NCBI GenBank assembly: GCA_032718475.1
Contig: JAUCBJ010002208.1
Span: 1-32,800 of the forward strand
Direction of reading: 5' to 3'
Length of the DNA: 32,800 nucleotides
From: Nemertoderma westbladi
Lineage: Eukaryota; Animalia; Xenacoelomorpha
The notes under the pieces were generated by a model, which made no database searches, was not told where the DNA came from, and saw only the letters and a list, made by a program, of their open reading frames with translations. Shown in pieces: positions 22,492-32,800 of the stretch; within the stretch, counting starts at the first letter, position 1; every line of letters begins with the position of its first letter. The position numbers were made by a program, and so were the translations under genes.

Positions 22492-22740
22492 GACTGGTCA
22501 TATGATGACCCACCGCCGTAGGAAACCGTACGAATGTCCCGTGCGACACTGCGACAAGTCGTACTGTGACGCACGGTCACTACGGCGACACGTGGAGAAC
22601 GCTCACCCGGAAGTAGGGATGGACAACTTCGTTCCCTCCAAGAATCTCGAGACCGTCAACATCGCGAAAGCCATGGTTAACGACGCCGATCTGGCGCATA
22701 GTATAAGCGAGACCGATCTGCCTGTTTTATCAGTTATCAG
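22492..22740 (+). CDS. ZNF541: ZNF541/TRERF1-family exon (end of finger 2, finger 3)
   Basis: TTCTTTAG|G phase-2 acceptor completes ...DHL-TGHMMTHRRRKPYECPVRHCDKSYCDARSLRRHVENAH; donor CAG|GTTGGT. The ELM2/SANT exons expected for the family were not found in the window. Confidence 0.9.
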
Positions 22741-23293
22741 GTTGGTTTATGGAATTAAGTATTGTTAGTGTGAACTTCATGTTTCTAGCTTTTAATACGA
22801 AAAGTATAAATTTGTTGGAAACCAACTCGGGTTTTAATTAGATGGAGGAATTCTTAATCGATTGTTTTGTTTCGATTTTATTATTATACTTCGCGTTTAG
22901 GCAGTCGGGATTGCGATATAGTTAATCGCGCTCTTCTACATTGAAGAAGATTGTTCAATATGACACCACCTTCTATACTGGTAACTGATGTGAAATCAGT
23001 GTGATTTTTTTATTTTTTTCCTTCTTCACTTATAACATTCGAATTGTATCATCTATCATTAGATCTTCTGATAAGCAGTACGTCTGTGAGTAGAACTAGG
23101 AACCGGTCAATTAGTTTGGGTGAATATATTATCTACCGTAGTCGATCGTATTAAGTGTTTTGTACTTTACGTGGTTACGTTTCTTTGAAAAGATATGTAA
23201 GGTAAGGTGGTACGTGGCTGATCCCACCTCGGCGAATTAATCTTTCGTCCCAATTTAGAGAAATATCTAGTTTACAGTGGCACGTTATTCTAA

Positions 23294-23413
23294 GGGGCCG
23301 TGCACATGTGATGTCACGCTTTTTTGACGATTTTCGAACACTCTTCCCCCTCTGTCGCACTATGTCACGAATTATGTGACCCCCCCCCCCCCCCCTCCCC
23401 ATTTGAACGTCCC
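23294..23413. mobile_element. possible degraded Zator-like MITE
   Basis: TAA|GGGGCCGTGCACATGTGATGTCACGC at left; weak TTTGAACGTCCC at right; internal poly-C. Confidence 0.3.
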
Positions 23414-24702
23414 TCCACAAAAAATACCCAGTATAATTAATAAAAACTGTTAAATTTGAAATTATTATGTTATTGATACTAAATGTTAATTAATACTTCA
23501 TTAATTCAGCTGTACACAATGACTAAACAAGGAAGACACCCCACATATTCACTCTCATGGGAATGACGACATCTGAGTTTCGACATCGATCACCGGAAGT
23601 GCACCAGGTTCTACTATTGTGCCACTTCCTGAGTCTATCTCTACCTCGTCCTTATCCCCCAGTCAATGTGGTGCTCTTCATCTTTATCGCCACTTAGAAT
23701 TAACACTTCATCACCTCGATTCTCGATTACTTGAATAGATTTCATAACAGGTTACAGTTTTATTTTTGAGAGTAATCAGATGTTTTTTGCGTCGATTTTC
23801 CCCTAGAGTGGGATGGATTTTGATTAATTCGAAAGCACCAAATCTGACAATAATTTGTTATCTACAATATACATTAATGAATTACAACAATCATATCGGT
23901 ACTAACAGGTCGCAAAATAAACGATAAGAGAACCTTCTTGGGGCATTCGTTTACTTATATTCATGCTCGATTGTGCAATCAGTCATTCACGTGCTGCGCG
24001 AAGGCTCCACCCAATACAGAGGGTTCACTACTGGTATCCTAACTATGACTCATTATTCGTGGCTCGCCCCATACAATAGCATCCATTCATAACAGAACAA
24101 TCTGAGCGGAAGAAATTAATTAATTGAATAGTAAAAGTAAATTATAGCATCTCCGATTGAATTATTCTGAAGAAATCAACAATAAACATATATACTTGAA
24201 AATTAGGAGATGTGACATTTATAGTTAACCTAGAAAGTGGGGCGTGATACAAAATCGAAAATTGTTATTTTTCTAAACTAGTCCCAAATGTTGGTTTTTC
24301 TTTCACTTGTGGAGAATTTCATAACGCTGAATCAAATATTAAAACCATTTTCGGAATCATAAAACGTAGCGGTGTGTGCAAGTTTTCATCAAGACAAGAA
24401 TTATCAAATATCTAAAAGTACTCACATTCGATTTATCATCCCATATTATATCTGTGAACTACTAAAAATTATATTTTGGATTGGATTATTGATTGAATTT
24501 TTAGATCTCTCATTAAAATTTGTATATTTATGACAACCCCTTTTTGTACACCAAATATTAGCATTTCGTTAAATTTAAATGTGCTGAATTTTCAAAGCAT
24601 ACCATTGCGCATCTCTGAAACCCCAATAACAATGTTGAAAACAACACGTATACGGAGCCCCTAAGAAGACATGAGAAATCCTCGTTTTTTTACTGAGTGT
24701 AG

Positions 24703-27271
24703 ATGTCCGCTAGCTCAATATATTGAGTTAGAAGACACATGTCCGCTAGCTCAATATATTGAGTTAAAAGACATGTCCGCTAGCTTAATATATTGAGTTA
24801 GAAGACACATGTCCGCTAGCTCAATATATTGAGTTAAAAGACATGTCCGCTAACTCAATATATTGAGTTAAAAGACATGTCCGCTAGCTTAATATATTGA
24901 GTTAGAAGACACATGTCCGCTAGCTCAATATATTGAGTTAGAAGACACATGTCCGCTAGCTCAATATATTGAGTTAGAAGACACATGTCCGCTAGCTCAA
25001 TATATTGAGTTAGAAGACACATGTCCGCTAGCTCAATATATTGAGTTAAAAGACATGTCCGCTAGCTTAATATATTGAGTTAGAAGACACATGTCCGCTA
25101 GCTCAATATATTGAGTTAGAAGACACATGTCCGCTAGCTCAATATATTGAGTTAGAAGACACATGTCCGCTAGCTCAATATATTGAGTTAGAAGACACAT
25201 GTCCGCTAGCTCAATATATTGAGTTAGAAGACACATGTCCGCTAGCTCAATATATTGAGTTAAAAGACATGTCCGGTCGCTTAATATATTGAGTTAGAAG
25301 ACACATGTCCGCTAGCTCAATATATTGAGTTAAAAGACATGTCCGCTAGCTCAATATATTGAGTTAGAAGACATGTCCGCTAGCTTAATATATTGAGTTA
25401 GAAGACACATGTCCGCTAGCTCAATATATTGAGTTAAAAGACATGTCCGCTAGCTTAATATATTGAGTTAGAAGACATGTCCCCTAGCTCAATATATTGA
25501 GTTAGAAGACACATGTCCGCTAGCTCAATATATTGAGTTAAAAGACATGTCCGCTAGCTTAATATATTGAGTTAGAAGACACATGTCCGCTAGCTCAATA
25601 TATTGAGTTAAAAGACATGTCCGCTAGCTTAATATATTGAGTTAGAAGACACATGTCCGCTAGCTCAATATATTGAGTTAGAAGACACATGTCCGCTAGC
25701 TCAATATATTGAGTTAGAAGACACATGTCCGCTAGCTCAATATATTGAGTTAAAAGACATGTCCGCTAGCTTAATATATTGAGTTAGAAGACACATGTCC
25801 GCTAGCTCAATATATTGAGTTAAAAGACATGTCCGCTAACTCAATATATTGAGTTAAAAGACATGTCCGCTAGCTTAATATATTGAGTTAGAAGACACAT
25901 GTCCGCTAGCTCAATATATTGAGTTAGAAGACACATGTCCGCTAGCTCAATATATTGAGTTAGAAGACACATGTCCGCTAGCTCAATATATTGAGTTAGA
26001 AGACACATGTCCGCTAGCTCAATATATTGAGTTAAAAGACATGTCCGCTAGCTCAATATATTGAGTTAGAAGACACATGTCCGCTAGCTCAATATATTGA
26101 GTTAGAAGACACATGTCCGCTAGCTCAATATATTGAGTTAAAAGACATGTCCGGTCGCTTAATATATTGAGTTAGAAGACACATGTCCGCTAGCTCAATA
26201 TATTGAGTTAAAAGACATGTCCGCTAGCTCAATATATTGAGTTAGAAGACATGTCCGCTAGCTTAATATATTGAGTTAGAAGACACATGTCCGCTAGCTC
26301 AATATATTGAGTTAAAAGACATGTCCGCTAGCTTAATATATTGAGTTAGAAGACATGTCCCCTAGCTCAATATATTGAGTTAGAAGACACATGTCCGCTA
26401 GCTCAATATATTGAGTTAAAAGACATGTCCGCTAGCTTAATATATTGAGTTAGAAGACACATGTCCGCTAGCTCAATATATTGAGTTAGAAGACATGTCC
26501 GCTAGCTTAATATATTGAGTTAGAAGACACATGTCCGCTAGCTCAATATATTGAGTTAAAAGACATGTCCGCTAGCTTAATATATTGAGTTAGAAGACAT
26601 GTCCCCTAGCTCAATATATTGAGTTAGAAGACACATGTCCGCTAGCTCAATATATTGAGTTAGAAGACATGTCCGCTAGCTCAATATATTGAGTTAGAAG
26701 ACACATGTCCGCTAGCTTAATATATTGAGTTAGAAGACATGTCCCCTAGCTCAATATATTGAGTTAGAAGACACATGTCCGCTAGCTCAATATATTGAGT
26801 TAGAAGACACATGTCCGCTAGCTCAATATATTGAGTTAAAAGACATGTCCGCTAGCTTAATATATTGAGTTAGAAGACACATGTCCGCTAGCTCAATATA
26901 TTGAGTTAAAAGACATGTCCGCTAGCTTAATATATTGAGTTAGAAGACACATGTCCGCTAGCTCAATATATTGAGTTAAAAGACACATGTCCGCTAGCTC
27001 AATATATTGAGTTAAAAGACATGTCCGCTAGCTTAATATATTGAGTTAGAAGACACATGTCCGCTAGCTCAATATATTGAGTTAAAAGACATGTCCGCTA
27101 GCTTAATATATTGAGTTAGAAGACACATGTCCGCTAGCTTAATATATTGAGTTAGAAGACACATGTCCGCTAGCTCAATATATTGAGTTAAAAGACATGT
27201 CCGCTAGCTTAATATATTGAGTTAGAAGACACATGTCCGCTAGCTCAATATATTGAGTTAGAAGACACATG
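24703..27271. repeat. tandem minisatellite, 36/34-bp palindromic unit, about 73 copies
   Basis: Unit ATGTCCGCTAGCTCAATATATTGAGTTAGAAGAC(AC); contains the perfect palindrome CTCAATATATTGAG and the junction palindrome ACATGT; no spacers. Confidence 0.98.
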
Positions 27272-27339
27272 CTCGCCTATAGTACTCGCCTCCAGTATTA
27301 CTTACATACTAACTAGCAAGAGACTACTATAAAGCTATT

Positions 27340-28615
27340 ATGAATTAGGTGATCACTGGAGCTCTTAGCTAGTTTGTGGAGTTTGTGGCTGGATTGTTTG
27401 AAGCTATAAGTCGGTCAATCGTTGATGAAATGGAACCAAACTTGGTACACATTTAGTCTATCAAAAGTTTAGAAATTCTACACACAGACAGACTTCTATA
27501 GTTCCTCTGCCTGCCGTTAGGTGGCGAATTGAAAGAAACTTAAAAGAAGCTGTAATTATAGAACCAACCATCAGATTCATCTGAAATTTGTTAGTAGTAA
27601 CCTGCGAGCATTGGTTAATTATAAATTATACACACAGACAGACTTTTACAGTTCCTCTGCTTGCCGCTAGTGGGCGAATTTAAAGAAACTTAAAAGAAGC
27701 TGTAATTATAGAACCAACCATCAGATTCATCTGAAATTTGTTAGTAGTAACCTACGAGCATGGTTTAATTAGAAATTCTACACACAGACAGACTTCTACA
27801 GTTCCTCTGTCTGCCGCTGTGGGGCGAATTGAAAGAAACGTAAAATAAGCTGTAATTATAGAACAAACCATCAGATTCATTTGAAATTTGGTAGTAGTGA
27901 CCTACGAGCACTGTTTAATTAGAAATTATACTCACGGACAGACTTTGACAGTTCCTCTGCTTGCCGCTAGGGGGCGAATTGAAAGAAACGTAAAATAAGC
28001 TGTAATTATAGAACCAACCATCAGATTCATCTGAAATTTGGTAGTAGTGACCTACGAGCATTGTTTAATTAGAAATTATACACACAGACAGACTTCTACA
28101 GTTCCTCTGTCTGCCGCTGTGGGGCGAATTGAAAGAAACGTAAAAGAAGCTGTAATTATAGAACCAACCATCAGATTCATCTGAAATTTGTTAGCAGTAA
28201 CCTACGAGCATGGTTTAATTAGAAATTCTACACACAGACAGACTTCTACAGTTCCTCTGTCTGCCGCTGTGGGGCGAATTGAAAGAAACGTAAAATAAGC
28301 TGTAATTATAGAACAAACCATCAGATTCATTTGAAATTTGGTAGTAGTGACCTACGAGCACTGTTTAATTAGAAATTATACTCACGGACAGACTTTGACA
28401 GTTCCTCTGCTTGCCGCTAGGGGGCGAATTGAAAGAAACGTAAAATAAGCTGTAATTATAGAACCAACCATCAGATTCATCTGAAATTTGGCAGTAGTGA
28501 CCTACGAGCATTGTTTAATTAGAAATTATACACACAGACAGACTTTTACAGTTCCTCTTTCTGCCGCTAGGTGACGAATTGTCAGAGCACCAGTTCATTG
28601 TGCTTAACACGGTTT
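27340..28615 (+). mobile_element. Helentron-associated non-autonomous element (HINE-like) with internal 150-bp repeats
   Basis: Sub-TIRs ACTGGAGCTCT (27355-27365) / AGAGCACCAGT (28584-28594), 10/11; AAACTTGGTACAC and TGAAATTTGG motifs; small 3' GTG-CTTAA-CAC hairpin. Confidence 0.6.
27469..28580. repeat. 150-bp tandem repeat, about 7.4 copies
   Basis: CACACAGACAGACTT (or the CTCACGGACA variant) recurs at 27481, 27631, 27781, 27931, 28081, 28231, 28381 and 28531. Confidence 0.97.
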
Positions 28616-29251
28616 AATTCTGCAGTTAGCTGTAAGTGACGTGTACTTAAATCAAATCCATGTTTTCCTAAACTATATGTAATTTCAGACAGCGTCAGAC
28701 CCTTATCATAGTATAATTCTACGAAATCGTTTCTATTATAATTACTTCACTGTCACTCTCAAATTAATGTAGGCTACAAGTATAATAAAATAGAGGTTTT
28801 CTTTATTCAAATAAACATCCAAAAATGGCAGCGACCAATAACATGTCTTCTAACTCAATATATTGAATTAGCGGAAAAAAAAACTTGAGTTAATCAACTT
28901 TTTTTTTAGTAAAAAAAACTCCTCTCTTGTTTCCAAGTTAAAATATAGTGTGTTACCGGTGGGTAATTGTTTGGAAGGTGACAACCTGTCGGGAACTAAG
29001 TGGGGTGTTGCATGGGGGGGATGTAATAATCGAAGTGTTTACACGGGATGAGGTGCAGCTTATGTTAAATTACGTTTCTGCGTCTTAATCACTAAATATT
29101 ATTTATAGTTTACTTTTAAGTTTTTGAGAATCCGGCCATATATTACATTATATATTAACAATAATAATTTACCTATATATTTTCGTACCATTATTTCTAT
29201 TGTGCTGTTGTACTAGTGCTTATTCGTAGTTATGATTATCACTATATACGT

Positions 29252-29291
29252 TAATAATAATAATGATAATAATAATAATAATAATAATAAT
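29252..29291. repeat. (TAA)n microsatellite
   Basis: Directly visible; one TGA interruption. Confidence 0.9.
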
Positions 29292-29699
29292 TATGAATCA
29301 GCCCGAGTTAGAATCAACTCATGTTCACTTTGTTATGTTTCTACTTGTTTCTGACACTACGAGCTGACTGATTCACCCCATGTTAAATATATAGATGTTC
29401 TGGAATGAATTTTTAAGACATGGGTTAGATATAAATAACGGTAGATAATCGCATTATTGTTCCTGGCCCTAGGTGATTTACTGGCCATTCCGAAAGGGGC
29501 GACTATTATATGGGACTGTTTATATTGAAAGGGAGCGAAAGAACCTAGTAACAGAAGGCAATAAATCAGTGACGATATTGACTTGATGAGAGCATCCCAA
29601 CTACCGTTGGTAATAACAATGAACAAAAGGGAGTTTCGACACATAAATAACTTATATATCTTAAACCTACTGTATAGTACAGTGTTAAAAGCTTGGCTC

Positions 29700-29775
29700 C
29701 GTCTCATTTTTTGCCCCCCTCTGACCTGCGCCCGGGGCGACTCGCCCCCCACTGCCCCTCTACACGACGCCACTG
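29700..29775. mobile_element. single GC-rich end of a hAT-type element (CAGTGGCG terminus)
   Basis: Reverse complement CAGTGGCGTCGTGTAGAGGGGCAGTGGGGGCGAGTCGCCCCGGGCGC; the partner end was not found. Confidence 0.55.
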
Positions 29776-29782
29776 GCAACAC

Positions 29783-31743
29783 TACTACTACTAAGATCGG
29801 CATGCTGCATTGCAGCTGCATTTTTAAGAATGATGTGCCGGCTTGTCGACAAAATTGCACCGCCTCAACTACCTATCACCCATGACATTTGCTAGATCAT
29901 TCGCATCTTCAAGGCCAGTGTCCTTTAAGATGCGTCTCAAGAAAGTCATGGGCTGTCCACCATGCTTATTCACTCCATGAGGCTGCCAAAGCACAAGATT
30001 ATGCTCTTACTGGTTCTCACGGGAAAGCAATGTCCTGCAAAGCGGAGGCGGCTTTGTTCTAGTGTCAAGCTTGGGGGAACCAATGAGACACCTCCAATGT
30101 TATATAGTGTCTGGTTGGAGATGTGTGCATTGTACTTGACACAGTGAACCCGGCGTAGCATTCTTGTGAATGTGCCATCCATAGATTTGGTGTCCTCAGC
30201 AGTCAGAGCCCAGCATGGACTCCCATAGAGGAGTACTGGAACTACTGCTGCTCTAAATAATCGGACCTTAAGTTTCCGATTAATTCTATGTGACTTCCAA
30301 ATCCTGGAAAGCCTATTCAAAGCTGCCCATGCCTTTCCCTTACGTATTCGAAGGTCCTCACCTGACTTCCGGATCCATGATCCCAGGTAACAGAAGTCAT
30401 CCACATTCTCAAGCATACCATCCTTTGAGCTTATGCTCATCCGGTCAGAGACTTGCTGAGGACTTTCAAAGTTAACTGTCAAAATTTTGGTCTTTTTGGA
30501 GTTAATAAGACTAACACTAGAAGCAGCCTGTTTTAATGAGCTGAGGAGCCGTTGGACTCCCTCTAGTGATTCTGAGAGTACTCCGAAGTCATCAGCAAAG
30601 TCTAGATCAGTTAGGTACTTGGCAGGATTTCCTCGACTTCTGGAGCCAGTAGGTGGAGTTACCATCACCCCATCATCATTGCGATGATCTAAGGACATGC
30701 GTATAACATAGTCAACCATAATTATGAACAAGAATGGCGCAAGTGTGTCTCACTGGAGGACGCCCCATAACATTTAAAATGGTTCTGTGTCACCGTCAAT
30801 AGTAGACACAAATGTTGTCGAACCATCCTATACTGATCTGATTGCTGCTATAATTTTATCAGGAATCCTATATAATGAAAATATGCTGAACATACGTGAG
30901 CAAGAGACTGAATCAAAGGCCTTGAAGAAGTCAACAAAGATAACAACCAGGTGCCTGTCTTTCTTTGTTGATAACTCTTCAATTATCCTTTTAAGTGTCA
31001 AAATGGGCTCCATGGTCCCACGACCTTTGCGGAACCCATTCTGATTTCCACGGAGCAGCCTCTCAATGGGATCCCATTAATATAATTCTATTGTATAGCT
31101 TTGCAGCAATCGGGATCATTGGGATTCCCCGAAAAGAACCATAGAGTGTTAGGTTGCCCTTCTTGGGAACTGGCACCAACTTATTTGTTTTCATTTCTTG
31201 TGGGACTCTTGTTGTTCGGTACATGTCTACTATGATGGGATAGATGAGCTTTAAACACTCAGGTATTTTAAAGACCTCAGGGGGAACACCATCTACTCCA
31301 CTGGCACGATTGGTCTTAATGCTCTTTGCAGCAGCCTTCACTTCTGCAAAGGAGATATCGCCAATGGGAATATCTGGGAGTACAGACTCAGACACTTTTA
31401 CTTCTATAAAGTTATCGGGCAATACCCTGTCATTATTAAGGAGCTTTTCAAAGTGGGCCTTCCAACCATTGAGGCGATCGGCTGGTGATTCTGCCTTTAC
31501 CTTGGTGGTTGGTTGGCTTTTCCTCCCAGTGAGCAAGTTGATCGATTTCCATGCCTGGGATGATTGCCTGCTGTCGTCGGCATCATTGATGGCATCAACC
31601 TGTTGGTTTATAAGCTCCTGTAGATTAACAGAATACTGCCTGTTCAGGGACCTAGATGCAGCCTTAACTGCATTCTTGGCCGCTGTAGTCTGTTTGAGTC
31701 GGGACTCTTTCTGCGCCTTATAGTGGTCATTTCTGTACTTCTG
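29783..31743 (-). mobile_element. 5'-truncated RTE-clade LINE, RT disrupted by stops and frameshifts
   Basis: Motifs RASGVDGVPPE, PVPKKGNL, FVDFFKAFDSV, GVLQ*DTLAPFLF, DLDFADD, FCYLGS and RLRFAGHC; (TAG)n tail at about 29783-29793; TSD ACTGGCAACAC at 29772-29782 and 31744-31754. Confidence 0.95.
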
Positions 31744-32053
31744 ACTGGCAACACATTCTGTTCCCTAACTTGTATGCAGCCTCAGTGTTACCAATGCAGT
31801 GTAATCCAACGTGTTACACTGTTACAGACTGTAACAATGTCAAGTTATTATAAACAAAACAATAATAAACCGAAGTCAATAGAACAGATAAATAATTTTG
31901 TTTTGGGAGTAATCAGCTGTTATTGCGACGATTTTCCCTGGAGGGGGTTTAATTTTGATTGCGTCGTAAATTGTTAGAAAATTATTTATTTTATTTTTTA
32001 TAGCATAAAGGCGTGTTTCCTAAAAATGTAATTTTCTACTCACTCCAATTATA

Positions 32054-32555
32054 TAGACACAAATGTTGTCGAACCATCGTATACTGATCTGATTGCTGCA
32101 ATAATTTCATCAGGAATCCCATATAATGAAAGTATGCTGAACATACGTGAGCGAGAGACTGAATCAAAGGCCTTGAAGAAGTCAACAAAGATAACAGCCA
32201 GATGCCTGTCTTTCTTTTTTGATAACTCTTCAATTATCCTTCTAAGTGCCAAAATGGGCTCCATGGTCCCACGACCTTTACGGAACCCATTCTAATTTCC
32301 ACGGAGCAGTCTCTCAATGGGATCCCTGATGCGATTTAATAGAATCCTATTGTATAGCTTTGCAGCAATCGAGATCAATGAGATTCCCCGAAAAGAACCA
32401 TAGAGTGTTAGGTTGCCCTTCTTGGGAACTGGCACCAACTTATTTGTTTTCATTTCTTGTGGGACTCTTGTTGTACGGTACATGTCTACTATGATGGGAT
32501 AGATGAGCTTTAAACACTCAGGTATTTTAAAGACCTCAGGGGGAACACCATCTAC
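32054..32555 (-). pseudogene. internal fragment of the same RTE family
   Basis: Close match to 30803-31296 (DGVPPEVFK...FVDFFKAFDSV); no tail and no TSD seen. Confidence 0.93.
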
Positions 32556-32800
32556 AGTAAACATCATATTAAATTGGGCGATAAAACACTATTTAATACA
32601 GAGTTGATCTACTCGCGGTATATTGCATTACAAGAGAGTAGCAGGATATCAATTAAACGAGAAACACTACTCTCTTATGAACTGTCTTTAGTGCCACTCT
32701 CAATGTTTCTGGAAAACGGAGATATGCGTCCAACAGGAAGTAGAAAATATAACGTTCAAGGAAATCTGAAGCTCCCATCGAAGGACGTTCTTCTAACTGT

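Larger units (their letters stand above)
24653..28935. mobile_element. TA-preceded TIR-like element hosting the 34/36-bp satellite; right end degraded
   Basis: TA|CGGAGCCCCTAAGAAGACATGAGA..GTTTTTTTACT at left; one inverted satellite unit at 28841-28875; partial inverted terminus AGTAAAAAAAAC..TCTCTTGT at 28908-28930. Confidence 0.5.

Noticed and set aside
23510-23740. Possible next exon of the zinc-finger gene (Ser/Pro-rich frame)
   Set aside because: The phase-2 reading from the obvious acceptor hits a stop at once, and no ELM2/SANT or finger motif is present.
24703-27271. CRISPR-like array (36-bp palindromic repeats) and the repeat ORF MCLLTQYIELAD
   Set aside because: Units are head-to-tail with no unique spacers, there are no cas genes and the context is eukaryotic; the ORF is a by-product of the 36-bp period.
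29357-29885. 167-aa and 100-aa ORFs
   Set aside because: They span the LINE tail, a hAT end and AT-rich DNA; no coherent protein features.

Overview
AT-rich, intron-containing animal (probably invertebrate) genomic DNA dominated by transposable elements; nothing here looks prokaryotic. Left to right: (1) an apparently intact pogo-type (DD35D) DNA transposon whose transposase carries a C-terminal PHD-like finger and an acidic tail (1-2778); (2) a decayed LINE reverse transcriptase split by a 7.2-kb CAGTCAGGG-terminated element with a 5-bp TSD and hAT transposase relics. That element is itself interrupted by a 4.6-kb foldback MULE (9-bp TSD, ~1.5-kb arms) and a Merlin-like MITE; (3) exons of a host ZNF541/TRERF1-family C2H2 zinc-finger gene on + (about 14292-22740, probably continuing past the window), with MITEs in its introns; (4) a 2.6-kb satellite of palindromic 34/36-bp units and a 150-bp tandem array in a Helentron-associated element; (5) a 5'-truncated RTE LINE with an 11-bp TSD plus a second internal RTE fragment. 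Most notable: a two-member 5-bp-TSD hAT-like family with a possible excision scar, recurrent TA-[filler]-TA micro-insertions that look like transposon footprints, an internal core shared by MITEs with unrelated ends, and a duplicated splice acceptor in front of the zinc-finger exon. All alignments and counts were made by eye; no searches were run.
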